Source: an uncultured Thermoplasmata archaeon
Lineage (GTDB): Archaea; Thermoplasmatota; Thermoplasmata; WALJ01
NCBI GenBank assembly: GCA_964475625.1
Contig: CAYYXK010000003.1
Location: 1-63,044 of the forward strand
Length of the DNA: 63,044 nt
Reading direction: 5' to 3'
The translations under genes and the position numbers were made by a program. The notes below the pieces were generated by a model. The model worked only from the letters and a program-made list of their open reading frames with translations, was not told the origin of the DNA and did no database searches. This document shows positions 42,143 through 52,205 of this stretch, piece by piece; the first letter of the stretch is position 1; each line of letters opens with the position of its first letter.

Positions 42143-42991
42143 CTATTCCTCCAGAAGAGATTCCAGAAGGTCAAGTTCATAGACCATGGCCATGAGCTTG
42201 TTGTTCTCATCCTTTATCGGAAGCTGGCCGTAGTCATTCTCCAGCATTATGCTTGCGGCCTCACTGACCGGTGTGTTCTTGAATGTGGTCACCGGATCCT
42301 TTATCATTATCTCTTCGACAGGTATGTTGGGAACATCTATCTTGGATGTTTCGTAGTATAATTTCATGACATTCTTCAGGCCTTCCCAGTTCCACGCGTC
42401 CTCATCATCTCCAAGCCCGATTTCCGAGCTTGAAACGCTTTTCTCTATGACATTCGCATTGAAAACATCCCTATCCGTTATCAATCCGATGAGTATGCCA
42501 TCATCATCGACGACCGGGAACGCATAGAGCTTTGCAAGCCTCATCGTAAGGAGGGCGACCTTCAGAGGTGTTTTCCTGTGCAGAGGTATGCACGGGCTCC
42601 GGACATATTCGCTTATCGGTTGGCTCATCCTTTTTTCATGGATTATCCTCAGAAAATCCGCGGGAGTGACTATGCCCTCGACCTTCCCCTTCGAATTGAG
42701 GACCGGCAGGTGGTGCGCTTCATTTCTCAGAAGAAGTTTGGCCGCATGTTCCACGCTGTCATTCATCATCACTGTCGGGTGGTCCTTTATCACAAGGAGG
42801 GCAAGCTGTTCGGTGTCCGGCTTCTCAAAGAGCCTTTGTCTTGTTATGAAACCGACATATTCTCCCGATGATTTCTTTACCACCGGAAGACCGGTTTTTT
42901 TGTTCTTAACGAGGGTTCTGACGACCTCATCCCTGTTTCCCGGAAGATATGCCACAATGGGCTTTTTCACCATTATGTCCGCAACTTTCAT
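42143..42991 (-). CDS. CBS-domain protein (four CBS units)
   Basis: Four CBS repeats are recognisable (e.g. HHLPVLNSKGKVEGIVTPADFL, YAFPVVDDDGILIGLITDRDV). Confidence 0.75.
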   Translation of the reverse strand: MKVADIMVKKPIVAYLPGNRDEVVRTLVKNKKTGLPVVKKSSGEYVGFITRQRLFEKPDTEQLALLVIKDHPTVMMNDSVEHAAKLLLRNEAHHLPVLNSKGKVEGIVTPADFLRIIHEKRMSQPISEYVRSPCIPLHRKTPLKVALLTMRLAKLYAFPVVDDDGILIGLITDRDVFNANVIEKSVSSSEIGLGDDEDAWNWEGLKNVMKLYYETSKIDVPNIPVEEIMIKDPVTTFKNTPVSEAASIMLENDYGQLPIKDENNKLMAMVYELDLLESLLEE

Positions 42992-43441
42992 TCAATTCCT
43001 CCTCTTGTTCCTTACGACAAGAACGGGGCACGGTGCGTGCCTTATCACTTTCTCGGCGACACTTCCCAGCAGGAGCTTTTCCAGAGCGCTCCGCCCGAAG
43101 CTTCCTACGACTACAAGGTCCACATCCAGCTCCTCCGCCGCCGAAACTATCTCGTCGGCGGGAATGCCCTCTTTTTTAACGGTTTTGATGTTCAGACCAA
43201 GTGGTTCGGCTTTTTCTTTGAGTTCTTTGAGAACCGCATCAGCCTGGTCGTTTATCGTGCTGATATATGCATAATCCATGGCTTCCATTGTGGTAAAGGA
43301 ACGGATGTCGACGACATATATCCCTATGACCTCCGCATTCAGCATCTTTGCCAGACTCAGACCTTTCTTTACGGCTCCTTTCGTATATTCCGAGCCATCA
43401 GTCGCTATGAGTATCCGTTTTATCTCGTCCATTAGAACCAC
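42992..43441 (-). CDS. Universal stress protein (UspA family)
   Basis: RILIATDGSEYTKGAV...DLVVVGSFGRSALEKLLLGSVAEKVIRHAPCPVLVV. Confidence 0.85.
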   Translation of the reverse strand: MVLMDEIKRILIATDGSEYTKGAVKKGLSLAKMLNAEVIGIYVVDIRSFTTMEAMDYAYISTINDQADAVLKELKEKAEPLGLNIKTVKKEGIPADEIVSAAEELDVDLVVVGSFGRSALEKLLLGSVAEKVIRHAPCPVLVVRNKRRN

Positions 43442-44456
43442 TTCCTTTTAAGGAGATTATCTCGCTTGAAGCGCTCAGCAACCCTTTTTCAGGGTTTAGC
43501 CAGGGGGCTTTCACCAGCAGCGCCGGTTGGCCAACAGATATACCTAACCCAGTCCCTTTTAAATCTTTTCTATCAAAGATGCCCTTCAGCACACCTTCCA
43601 CATATTTTCTTTCCTTCTTCGGGCTTGAAAGATAAAGATATCTGAGTTCCGCGAGTACATCCGCTTTTGCCAGCATAGCGTTATCGGTCCCCACTCTTAC
43701 ATCAATTCCATGTTCCAGAAGCTCCCTCACCCTCGGCCTCTTTCCGAAAAAGGCATTGGAACGGGGGCATATCACCACCGGTATCCCGGCATCCGATATC
43801 TCCTGAAAATCCTCTTCTTCCATCTCTATCGCGTGGACTATCATGTCCGGGTTCAGTTCAAGCAGTTTTCCAACATCCTCACGCACCCTCTCGCTGAAAT
43901 GTATGGCAAACATCTTTCCCTTATCATGCGCCATTACGGCAGCCCTCCGTATATCTTCGAAGTCGTGGTCGGAAAGCGAGCTTATACCGAAACCGTCCGA
44001 GATTTCAAGGAGTTCCAGCATCTCATTCTCCTTCCATTCAACAGGCCGGGAAAGTATGGTTGCACGGATTTTGCTGCCTTCGAGCGCCTTTTTCAGGAGT
44101 TCGACACCTTTTTTTCCGCCTTCGCGGAAGTCTATGAACCCCGCCGTATATGCGGATTCCATGGTTCGCACGCTCTTTCGCATACCCGAAATTATCACAT
44201 CATCATCCGCTTTTTTCAGTTCCCTCTCTTTGAATCCCCCCGGACCAACAAGCTCTTTCAAGGGGAGTTTCGGAAGGTTTCGTATAAACGAATCTCCCAG
44301 ATGAGTATGGTGGTTGAAAAAATAAGGTGTGACTATGCCCGTTTCATCGGGATACGGAACAAGGTCTCGGGATATATCCGTGACCACTCCGTTCTCCACG
44401 ACGACATGGCCTTCGATGAAGCCGTTCTCGGTAAGTATGGAGCCGTTGACCTTCAT
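43398..44456 (-). CDS. Metal-dependent amidohydrolase (chlorohydrolase/deaminase-like)
   Basis: The FNHHTHLGDS HxH motif and later H and D ligands (HFSE, GTDN). Specificity unknown. Confidence 0.65.
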   Translation of the reverse strand: MKVNGSILTENGFIEGHVVVENGVVTDISRDLVPYPDETGIVTPYFFNHHTHLGDSFIRNLPKLPLKELVGPGGFKERELKKADDDVIISGMRKSVRTMESAYTAGFIDFREGGKKGVELLKKALEGSKIRATILSRPVEWKENEMLELLEISDGFGISSLSDHDFEDIRRAAVMAHDKGKMFAIHFSERVREDVGKLLELNPDMIVHAIEMEEEDFQEISDAGIPVVICPRSNAFFGKRPRVRELLEHGIDVRVGTDNAMLAKADVLAELRYLYLSSPKKERKYVEGVLKGIFDRKDLKGTGLGISVGQPALLVKAPWLNPEKGLLSASSEIISLKGSGSNGRDKTDTHSD

Positions 44457-44687
44457 AGCGCACTATACGAAGCTGATATAATAAGGATATCACGGAGCGG
44501 TGTGTTTAGAAAAATGTAGTTCCGGCGATGTTCAGAAGTTTGCTGTCTCTCCTTCTGTTTTCGAATACGGATATCACAGACAATCCTTTGAGGCCCCATG
44601 CTTCTCAACCCCCTATGTCATTCGGAAATACAACAAGGAAGTTCATCCCAAAAAACTTAAATCATATATGTGTGTGCGGTGGTATAG

Positions 44688-46187
44688 GTGTTAAACATGG
44701 AACCTCTCTCAGCAGTACTGAAAGACAATGTCGATTCATGGACAATAAAGATAAACTCGACGGTCGGAAAGAAGATGGACCTGAAAAAAGGAGACATAGT
44801 TGAGGTCTTCAACAGGGACAGGGGAGAGTCAAAATATTACAGAGTCCTATTCGATTCCCGGATAAAGAAAGGTGATGCGCACATAAACCGGATGAGCGCT
44901 CAGCTTGCGGGTGCCACGAACGGAGATGCGCTTGATATACTTCCTGCGGAGCCTATCGAGGCGGAAGAAGCCGTCATGAGAGTGGAGATGGAAGGCAGTG
45001 AGCGCGGGGAACTACTAGAGATAGTCAAAGAGATAAACGAGAACGGCGGAGAGGCAATACACAATTTCTTCTCCGAAAAACAGCCCGTGTTCAACCACGG
45101 TGCAAAGATATACTGGGACGATAAAGGGATTACCCTTACGGTGGCAAAGATAAACCCGTTCCCGTATGCGATATACACTGAAAAGACGCAGATAAAGGTG
45201 TCCGTGACATCCCCGTTCAACGGGATACTCATGGTTGATACTTCGGGTTCCATGTATTTCAACTACATACACAACACACCCGGAATAATGAAACTCTCCG
45301 GAGACCCGATAATAAGTAAGCTGATGGAGAATCCCAAGTTCGAGATGCTGAAAGAAACGGTTGACAATGTGGAACACAGCAAAGAGGTTCTGAGGATACA
45401 CGGTGCCATAACGGCCGTTCTTCTGTATTTCTCTGAAAAGGCGGAGAGGGAGCTCAGCGAAAGGGTTGCGCTCATATCCTATTCCAGTCAAGCCAAGACC
45501 GCAGCATACAAGTATAAGGGAAACATAAGATACTGGCTGCAGATAGGTGCGGCGGGCGTTGATACCACCGAACAGTACAAAGAGATGCTCATAAAGATGC
45601 TCTTCACATACATACCGAAAGAGAGCAACAAGCCGACGAACGGGGTCAATGCCTTCGAAGAGCTGGATAAACTTCTAAGCCTGATGGAGAAGGACTCCAA
45701 AAAGAAGATGCCTACCATGATCATAATACTTTCGGACGGAGAGTTCAACGGATGGAAGGGAAGCTTCGCAAAGACCGAGGATGTTCTGGAGGTTTCGGAG
45801 TCCATAATCAACTTCGTCAAAGAGAGGTTCCCGCCATCCAGAGGCGTCATAATAAATGCCGTCTATATCGGAGATACCCCTGAAGACCTTATAGAGATAC
45901 CCGAAGGCCCCGAGGGTGAGAGGCTCCAGAAGAAGAGGGAAAGAGCCGAGATAGCCATCGATGTCCTTAGAAGGATAACCGAGATAACAAACGGACAACT
46001 GATAACTCCCAAGGAACTGAAAGAACTGGCGAAATTCTACGAGAGTGCCGCACAGTCCCTTATATTCGACCTCGGAACGATAGACAAAGAAGGAGAGGAA
46101 GAAGAGGAATACGACGAGTTCGAGGACGAAGAGGATTTCGAGGGAGACTTGGAAGGCGTTGAAGAAGACGACTTCGACCAGTTCTAA
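44688..46187 (+). CDS. vWA-domain protein with N-terminal double-psi-barrel-like (VAT-N/AbrB-like) domain and acidic tail
   Basis: MIDAS motif MVDTSGSM. The N-terminus, MDLKKGDIVEVFN...GDAHINRMSAQLAGATNGDALDILP, resembles substrate-recognition N domains. The start may be 44697. Confidence 0.6.
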   Translation: MLNMEPLSAVLKDNVDSWTIKINSTVGKKMDLKKGDIVEVFNRDRGESKYYRVLFDSRIKKGDAHINRMSAQLAGATNGDALDILPAEPIEAEEAVMRVEMEGSERGELLEIVKEINENGGEAIHNFFSEKQPVFNHGAKIYWDDKGITLTVAKINPFPYAIYTEKTQIKVSVTSPFNGILMVDTSGSMYFNYIHNTPGIMKLSGDPIISKLMENPKFEMLKETVDNVEHSKEVLRIHGAITAVLLYFSEKAERELSERVALISYSSQAKTAAYKYKGNIRYWLQIGAAGVDTTEQYKEMLIKMLFTYIPKESNKPTNGVNAFEELDKLLSLMEKDSKKKMPTMIIILSDGEFNGWKGSFAKTEDVLEVSESIINFVKERFPPSRGVIINAVYIGDTPEDLIEIPEGPEGERLQKKRERAEIAIDVLRRITEITNGQLITPKELKELAKFYESAAQSLIFDLGTIDKEGEEEEEYDEFEDEEDFEGDLEGVEEDDFDQF

Positions 46188-46846
46188 ATTCTTTCCACAT
46201 CGAACATCGATATGAGCCTGCGGGCCCATTCGAGCTTTCTTTTCTTTATTTCATTTCTTTTCGGGGTCATTCCCGGTTTTTGTATGGGGTTCTCAAAGTC
46301 GAATCCTGTGATATATATGCGCTCCGCACCTGCGGCTTCCGCAATGCACACGGCTCGGTCCCCGTCGGTGAATCCTCCGAAGTTCATCAGAGGCGGAAAA
46401 GGCTCCGTCTGAACGGTCCCTCCGATGATTCCTGAAAACGCAGGAACATACTGCCTCAAAAGCTCTTTGTTATCTCCATGGGCATGTATCAGCACGATAC
46501 TTCCCCGCGAGTTGGCCCGGAAGATAGCATTCATATCCCCATCGAGATCGCTTACTATCAGCTCGGGTATCACTGAATTACTCAGTATAAGCGGAACGGC
46601 GGAATCCGCAGCGATGACGAGCCCGCTGAAATCAGGCATTGTTTTTGCGGCGGGACCCACCACCAGAACCTTTTTTCCCTTGATCAGACTTCGAATGACG
46701 GCAGGTCCCACAGGCACTCCGTTCCCACTCATTCTCATAAAAAGCTCTGCGAGCAGATACCCCGCACTGGCATCTTCCTCCGGACTGTATCCGAAATCCT
46801 CGGCTATTTTCAGGTAATGCGGCTCCCATTCGGGATACTCCATCAT
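46184..46846 (-). CDS. mptE: 6-hydroxymethyl-7,8-dihydropterin pyrophosphokinase, archaeal MptE type (DUF115)
   Basis: GPAAKT...VIAADSAV...LIVSDLDGD...HAHGDN pattern of MptE/DUF115. Confidence 0.65.
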   Translation of the reverse strand: MMEYPEWEPHYLKIAEDFGYSPEEDASAGYLLAELFMRMSGNGVPVGPAVIRSLIKGKKVLVVGPAAKTMPDFSGLVIAADSAVPLILSNSVIPELIVSDLDGDMNAIFRANSRGSIVLIHAHGDNKELLRQYVPAFSGIIGGTVQTEPFPPLMNFGGFTDGDRAVCIAEAAGAERIYITGFDFENPIQKPGMTPKRNEIKKRKLEWARRLISMFDVERI

Positions 46847-47625
46847 CTCACCGTTATTCGCGTGCCCATCGATACTCTCATCCCATCCTCTGCCGATATC
46901 GTCCGTATTCCTGTTTTTTCCTGAACCCAGTAGGCCTCAACCTCAGGTGGGGCCCTTACCATCTTAAGTCCGAAATGATTGAAGAACACCATCTCCGGAC
47001 CTATTCTGTCTATGAACTTTATTGCATCTTCCGTACATAGGTGTCCGGGTATGCGGGCATTTCTCGGGCGAGTTATTGGGAGTATGAGGACCCTTGAACC
47101 CATGTGCGCATCTATGACGTGAGAGGCCGCCTCCGTATCCGCAACATAAGATATCACTCCGTTCCGTGTGTGAAATTTGAAACCGGCGGTCGCAGGGTCG
47201 GAATGAACCGATGGTGTTGCCTCTATGTCCATGGAATCCGTGCTGAAGAAATCGCCCGGTTCCATTATCTTCGTATCTATCAGAGACTGATGATATTTCG
47301 AAATTGCGGGACCTATACCGGATTCTCCTTTCAGTACGCTCCTTGAGGCCAGAAGCTTTCCTCTCTTCTTTATTCCTCCGCCGGTTATTCCTTCTATGAT
47401 TATCTCCGCATCGGTGTAATGGTCCGGATGTGAGTGAGAAACGAGTACGATGTCGGTCTTTGTCGGATTTATCCTCATGTTCCGCATCTGTATCAACGAA
47501 CCGGGGCCCGGGTCGATATGCATCTTTACCCTGTCCTCAATATAAAGGCCGCCTGTGGACCTTGCCTGAAATATCGTGGTGAACCTTCCTCCGCCTGTTC
47601 CGAGAAATATGAACCTTGTGACCAT
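46843..47625 (-). CDS. MBL-fold metallo-hydrolase
   Basis: HSHPDH motif plus downstream His/Asp ligands. Confidence 0.75.
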   Translation of the reverse strand: MVTRFIFLGTGGGRFTTIFQARSTGGLYIEDRVKMHIDPGPGSLIQMRNMRINPTKTDIVLVSHSHPDHYTDAEIIIEGITGGGIKKRGKLLASRSVLKGESGIGPAISKYHQSLIDTKIMEPGDFFSTDSMDIEATPSVHSDPATAGFKFHTRNGVISYVADTEAASHVIDAHMGSRVLILPITRPRNARIPGHLCTEDAIKFIDRIGPEMVFFNHFGLKMVRAPPEVEAYWVQEKTGIRTISAEDGMRVSMGTRITVR

Positions 47626-47661
47626 AGTGGCACAATATGCCTGCGGATAAAAGCTTAGTGC

Positions 47662-48303
47662 TCAGAGGAGCACTCCCCATTCGACGAGGACAGCATGTAT
47701 TCCTTCTATGACGAACTCCACCGCTATCGCTGTTATGATAAGACCCATTATCCTTGAAAATGCGCGGGAGCCCACCCTGCCTATCCTATTGAAAATCTTA
47801 TCTCCGTAGATGAACAGTGCATAAGTTATCAGCATTGTGGCTAGGACGACGAATAAGACGGAACCGGTCTGTGACACATTCTCGCTCTTTGATACGAATA
47901 TCATAACGGTGGTTATGGAACCCGGACCCGCAAGCATTGGGACGCCCAAGGGCACCACGCCTATGTCCTCTCTGTCGCTGGCCTCTTCCCTTTCTTCTGG
48001 AGTGCTCTTGGTTCTCGGCGGTTGTCCGCGCATCATCGAAAAACCGACGGATATGAGCAGCATACCCCCCGCAATCCTGAAAGCGGATATGGTTATTCCG
48101 AAGAAAGCGAATATGTAGTTTCCGAAGAGCGCGAAGATTATCAGGACCAGAAGGCCCGTGAAAACGGCCTTTGTTATGACCCGTTTCTTCTCATGTTCCG
48201 AATACCCATCGGTAAGGGTGACAAGCAGAGGTATTGCTCCCATCGGGTTCACTATGGCGAAGAGGGCCGTGAATGCCGCTACGGTAAATGAAAGCACGTC
48301 CAC
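47662..48303 (-). CDS. MarC-family (UPF0056) integral membrane protein
   Basis: N-terminal FAIVNPMGAIPLL motif and six TM segments. Confidence 0.75.
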   Translation of the reverse strand: MDVLSFTVAAFTALFAIVNPMGAIPLLVTLTDGYSEHEKKRVITKAVFTGLLVLIIFALFGNYIFAFFGITISAFRIAGGMLLISVGFSMMRGQPPRTKSTPEEREEASDREDIGVVPLGVPMLAGPGSITTVMIFVSKSENVSQTGSVLFVVLATMLITYALFIYGDKIFNRIGRVGSRAFSRIMGLIITAIAVEFVIEGIHAVLVEWGVLL

Positions 48304-48324
48304 GCTCCGCTATTTTTTTACATG

Positions 48325-49131
48325 TTAATAATGCTTTCTAAAACCAATTATGCCGCTCGCGTCTACCGCAAGAGTTCCTTCCTCTCTTTCAATAAGTACG
48401 ACAGGTATGTGGAGAAGCCCGAGATATCTTGAAGATACGTTCTCCCTGAGGGGGCTTATCGTCTTTTTCTCAACAACGGTTACCGGACCCATATCTTCGG
48501 TATCCTCCACCTCTTTCGTGTGGGCGGCTATGATGTGGTCTATGGCGAGTTCCTCCGCCCTCTCAGCGGATATCTCCGGCTCCTTGCTCCGCTCTCCGGG
48601 AATTCCCTGTTCGATAAAAAGGGGTTTTTTCGCCATAAATGCCTCTCCGTCCACCGCATCGATCAGGATTATTCCGGCATCCGTGATGTCTCCAGACTCC
48701 AGAGAGAAATAGATTACATGAAATGGTATTATTTCGTTTATCGACACTACTGCCTCGGAAACATCGTCTCCGAGCTTGTGTAAAGGAAGTTCTCTGGCAA
48801 CGGGTTCGTTTTGCTCCGCGAACGCCTCTTCAAAGGACGAGATTGTCTCCACCGGAGATTTCTTACCGAGCGCTTCATTCAGAAGGGCCTGCCCTATGAA
48901 TGCCTCAAGGTCTTCCCTGCTCCAAAATATGTCACCCTGCGGTTCGGCACCTTCTTCCAGAGCTATTACCAGCTTCTTACCTTCAACTTCGAGAGGAGGT
49001 GGGTTTTCATTATCTGTTAAGACGACAACATATTCGTCCTCAACACCCCTTACGACCAGCGCCAATGAGTCCGATACAACGGTAAAACCCCTGTGTTCAA
49101 GGGCCTTTCTCACGAGTTCCGGAAGTTCCAT
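48325..49131 (-). CDS. Hypothetical cytoplasmic protein
   Basis: 268-aa ORF with host-like composition. No motif recognised. Confidence 0.5.
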   Translation of the reverse strand: MELPELVRKALEHRGFTVVSDSLALVVRGVEDEYVVVLTDNENPPPLEVEGKKLVIALEEGAEPQGDIFWSREDLEAFIGQALLNEALGKKSPVETISSFEEAFAEQNEPVARELPLHKLGDDVSEAVVSINEIIPFHVIYFSLESGDITDAGIILIDAVDGEAFMAKKPLFIEQGIPGERSKEPEISAERAEELAIDHIIAAHTKEVEDTEDMGPVTVVEKKTISPLRENVSSRYLGLLHIPVVLIEREEGTLAVDASGIIGFRKHY

Positions 49132-49214
49132 GACTCTCCATCGATCTGGAATATATAAGCATATCTAATGGTTTTCCTAAAAAATCTTTATAGAGGTGGG
49201 TATAATCGGGCGTT

Positions 49215-50117
49215 ATGGCTGTCCTCGTAAGGGCCCCGGCGCGGCTTCACCTCGGCTTCATACCTCCTGTGCGGACGGGTGATAGTGCCGGCTCTGCGGC
49301 AGTGGCCATAACTCCACCCGAAGTACAGATATATCTGGAAAAAAGCGAGGATATACATGTATCAGGGCCTCATTCCGACGAAATATTTTCCATGGCGCTC
49401 TCCTTTATGAATAGATTCCTTCCCGGAAAGGGTGTGGAAATAGAGGTCCGGTACAGCATACGGAGGCACGCGGGATTCGGCTCGGGAACAAGAATGGCCA
49501 TGTCGGTGGGAATGGGCATATCCGCCCTCTATGGTCTTGACCTTGACCCCTATGATCTGGCCGAGTTCTTCGGAAGAGGAGTGAATTCCAGAGCAGGGCT
49601 CGAATCCCTCATCCACGGAGGGATTGCAGTGGTATCTCCGAGAGGGGGATTACATCTTTTGAAGCTACCTCCCGAGTGGTCTTTCATTGTCGCTCTTCCG
49701 GAATCGGAGCACAGATTCTATGGAGAGAAAGAAAAAAGGGCGATGTCATCCGTGAAGCACAAAGAAATGGTCGGTGAAGACCTTGCGGATCTGCTGGAAA
49801 AGTCTGTTTCAGCCGGAGATATAGAGGAAACAGGTAAGATTCTCGATAGGATTGATATGGAAACAGGCAGGCTCTTCCGCCCCATACAGAAAGGTGATTA
49901 CTCGCATGACGATGTTCTGACTATCATAAAGGCAGGAAAAGATGCGGGTGCATATGCCGCAGGACAGAGTTCATGGGGCCCGGCAGTTTATTTCCTTGTG
50001 GATGAAAACATAAAGCACAAAGTCGATGCGGCCATAGGACAAATCGTCGGGAAGGACCGCGTATATGATGTGAAAATGAGTGAGAAAGGGATCTCCATCG
50101 AAAGATTTGATGAGTGA
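49215..50117 (+). CDS. Beta-ribofuranosylaminobenzene 5'-phosphate synthase-like protein (GHMP superfamily; methanopterin-type pterin pathway)
   Basis: The VRAPARLHLGFI N-terminus and the GHMP-like GFGSGTRMAMS motif match my recollection of beta-RFAP synthase. Confidence 0.55.
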   Translation: MAVLVRAPARLHLGFIPPVRTGDSAGSAAVAITPPEVQIYLEKSEDIHVSGPHSDEIFSMALSFMNRFLPGKGVEIEVRYSIRRHAGFGSGTRMAMSVGMGISALYGLDLDPYDLAEFFGRGVNSRAGLESLIHGGIAVVSPRGGLHLLKLPPEWSFIVALPESEHRFYGEKEKRAMSSVKHKEMVGEDLADLLEKSVSAGDIEETGKILDRIDMETGRLFRPIQKGDYSHDDVLTIIKAGKDAGAYAAGQSSWGPAVYFLVDENIKHKVDAAIGQIVGKDRVYDVKMSEKGISIERFDE

Positions 50118-50164
50118 GGTCTGGGCAAACTATTTATTAAGGTGCCGAATGTCCGGGTGATTCT

Positions 50165-51067
50165 ATGAAAAAATGGATGGTCTATGCTATAACGTGGCTT
50201 GTCGTCATTGCACTGGTCGCAGGTGTCTATCAATTTGCTGTGGTTCCTGCGATGCAGCCCGAGCCCGACAAAGAAAAAACGGTTAGGGAGGGCTCCAAGG
50301 TGCAGGTGAATTACATAGGTATGCTCGCCCCGCAATACGGAGGGGGGCTTGTATTCGATACATCGATATACAGCGTTGCCATGGACAATAAGTCATATCC
50401 GAAAACACCCACATTTAAAATGAGGCCGAAGAACCAATACATCCCGCTTATGGTCCATGTGGGTGGAGCAAGTGAGGGAGGGTATACCTCTGTCATACCC
50501 GGATTCAGTGAAGGGCTCATCGGCATGCGCCCGGGAGAGACCAAAAGCATAACCATACCACCGGAAAAGGGATATGGATACGGCGACCCCAAACTTATAG
50601 AGACCCATCCGATAGTCGAGAAACTGCCGATAAGGGAAGAATATCCGAACAGTAAATTCCTGTATGACTTCGGAAAGAACCCGGAGATCGGGCTTGTGGT
50701 TGAACACCCGAAGTATCACTGGCCGATGGTCGTTGAGAATGTCCTTGACGGATATGCCATAGTTTCAAACCAGCCGACCGAGGGTGAGACATATTACACG
50801 GGATACTGGAATGTCAAAGTGCTGAGCATGGACAGTTCCGCCAACAACGGGAACGGTAGCATAGAGGTCAAGAATCTGATAACTCCGGACGACGCGTATC
50901 ATGTGAAGGGAGTGTCCGTACCGGTGAACGGGGACGGGAAGGAGGCTACTTTCGTCCTTACGGCGGTTGACCTAGAGAACGGCACATATACCATGGACTA
51001 CAATGACCTTACGAAGGGAAGGACCCTTATATTCATCGTGGAACTGATATCCATAGATGTCTACTAA
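50165..51067 (+). CDS. Membrane-anchored FKBP-type peptidyl-prolyl isomerase with extra C-terminal domain
   Basis: N-terminal TM helix. GSKVQVNYIGML...GGLVFDTS and GMRPGETKSITIPPEKGYG. Confidence 0.75.
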   Translation: MKKWMVYAITWLVVIALVAGVYQFAVVPAMQPEPDKEKTVREGSKVQVNYIGMLAPQYGGGLVFDTSIYSVAMDNKSYPKTPTFKMRPKNQYIPLMVHVGGASEGGYTSVIPGFSEGLIGMRPGETKSITIPPEKGYGYGDPKLIETHPIVEKLPIREEYPNSKFLYDFGKNPEIGLVVEHPKYHWPMVVENVLDGYAIVSNQPTEGETYYTGYWNVKVLSMDSSANNGNGSIEVKNLITPDDAYHVKGVSVPVNGDGKEATFVLTAVDLENGTYTMDYNDLTKGRTLIFIVELISIDVY

Positions 51068-51099
51068 ACCCATTTAATCCGTATATTTAAGGGGATAAA

Positions 51100-51822
51100 A
51101 TGAAGAGCGCTCTCATAACAGGCTCCAGCAGGGGCATAGGAAAGGCCATTGCACTTGACCTTGCGACGCATGGCTATTCCGTGGTGATAAACTACGATAG
51201 GGACGAAATGATAGCTCAAGAGACCGCAAGAGTGGTCCATGAGGCGGGTTCCGAGGCGCTTCTTATAAAAGCGGATGTTTCGTGGAAGGAAGATGCGGAG
51301 AACCTTGTCAATCAGGTCATCGATGCGTGGGGAAAAATAGATGTGCTGGTCAACAACGCAGGAATACTTCCCAAAGCGAAGAAAATATGCGAGATACAGG
51401 ATGCCGACTGGGACAGGGTCATGGGTACGAACCTCAGGGGTGCGTTCTACTGCACGAGAGCCGCCGTAAAACACATGAAAAAAGAAAAGAGCGGAAACAT
51501 AGTCTATATGTCCTCAATAGCAGGAAAAGAGGGCGGCACCGTGGGCGCTCATTATGCGGCATCCAAAGCGGGCCTTATAGGGATGATGAAGTCCCTTGCG
51601 AAAGAACTGTCCGCATACAACATACGGGTGAACGCCGTTGCGCCCGGCCCTGTGGACACGGAATTCCTGACGGAAGACATGAAGCAGAAACTGGCGAAGA
51701 TGTCGCTTCTCGGAAGAATTGCGAAACCCGAAGAAATTGCGCATGCGGTTCGCTTTCTCATAGAAAATGAACATATCACCGGTGAAACCCTGAATGTCAA
51801 CGGCGGAAGGTATATGGATTGA
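51100..51822 (+). CDS. Short-chain dehydrogenase/reductase (FabG-like)
   Basis: TGSSRGIGKA, NNAG and YAASKAG motifs. Confidence 0.85.
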   Translation: MKSALITGSSRGIGKAIALDLATHGYSVVINYDRDEMIAQETARVVHEAGSEALLIKADVSWKEDAENLVNQVIDAWGKIDVLVNNAGILPKAKKICEIQDADWDRVMGTNLRGAFYCTRAAVKHMKKEKSGNIVYMSSIAGKEGGTVGAHYAASKAGLIGMMKSLAKELSAYNIRVNAVAPGPVDTEFLTEDMKQKLAKMSLLGRIAKPEEIAHAVRFLIENEHITGETLNVNGGRYMD

Positions 51823-52205
51823 AAGGCACCTACATACTCTTGATATGTCTTGAAAAAGATACTGAGATACCGGTCGGTTCCCTCGGAACTCTCTTCTTCA
51901 AACACGGTATGTACTGTTATGTGGGTTCCGCATACGGCCCCGGCGGTATCGAGGCAAGGGTGAAGAGACACATAAAAAAGGAAAAGAGGATGAGATGGCA
52001 CATAGATTACCTTTTGAAACATGCCGAAGTGAAGGAGGTGTTCGTGAAGGAAAACGGTGACGAGGTCGGCACGGCCGGCTGTCTTTCGGAGATGTATAAT
52101 GGTGTTCCCGGTTTCGGTGCCTCCGATTCTCCGCTGAAAAGTCATCTTTTCATGTGCTCTGATACGATATCTCTTTCGGAACTCGGGTTTACTCCCTACC
52201 CTTGA
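51819..52205 (+). CDS. DUF123 / GIY-YIG-superfamily protein
   Basis: YCYVGSAYGPGGIEARVKRHIKKEKRMRWHIDYL is the DUF123 signature. Confidence 0.7.
   Translation: MKGTYILLICLEKDTEIPVGSLGTLFFKHGMYCYVGSAYGPGGIEARVKRHIKKEKRMRWHIDYLLKHAEVKEVFVKENGDEVGTAGCLSEMYNGVPGFGASDSPLKSHLFMCSDTISLSELGFTPYP

Noticed and set aside
44457-44687. 230-bp intergenic region as a possible tRNA or ncRNA locus
   Set aside because: No acceptor-stem or T-loop pattern and no C/D-box (RUGAUGA...CUGA) arrangement was seen. Only a short repeated GGATATCAC word was found. It is probably the promoter region for the vWA gene.
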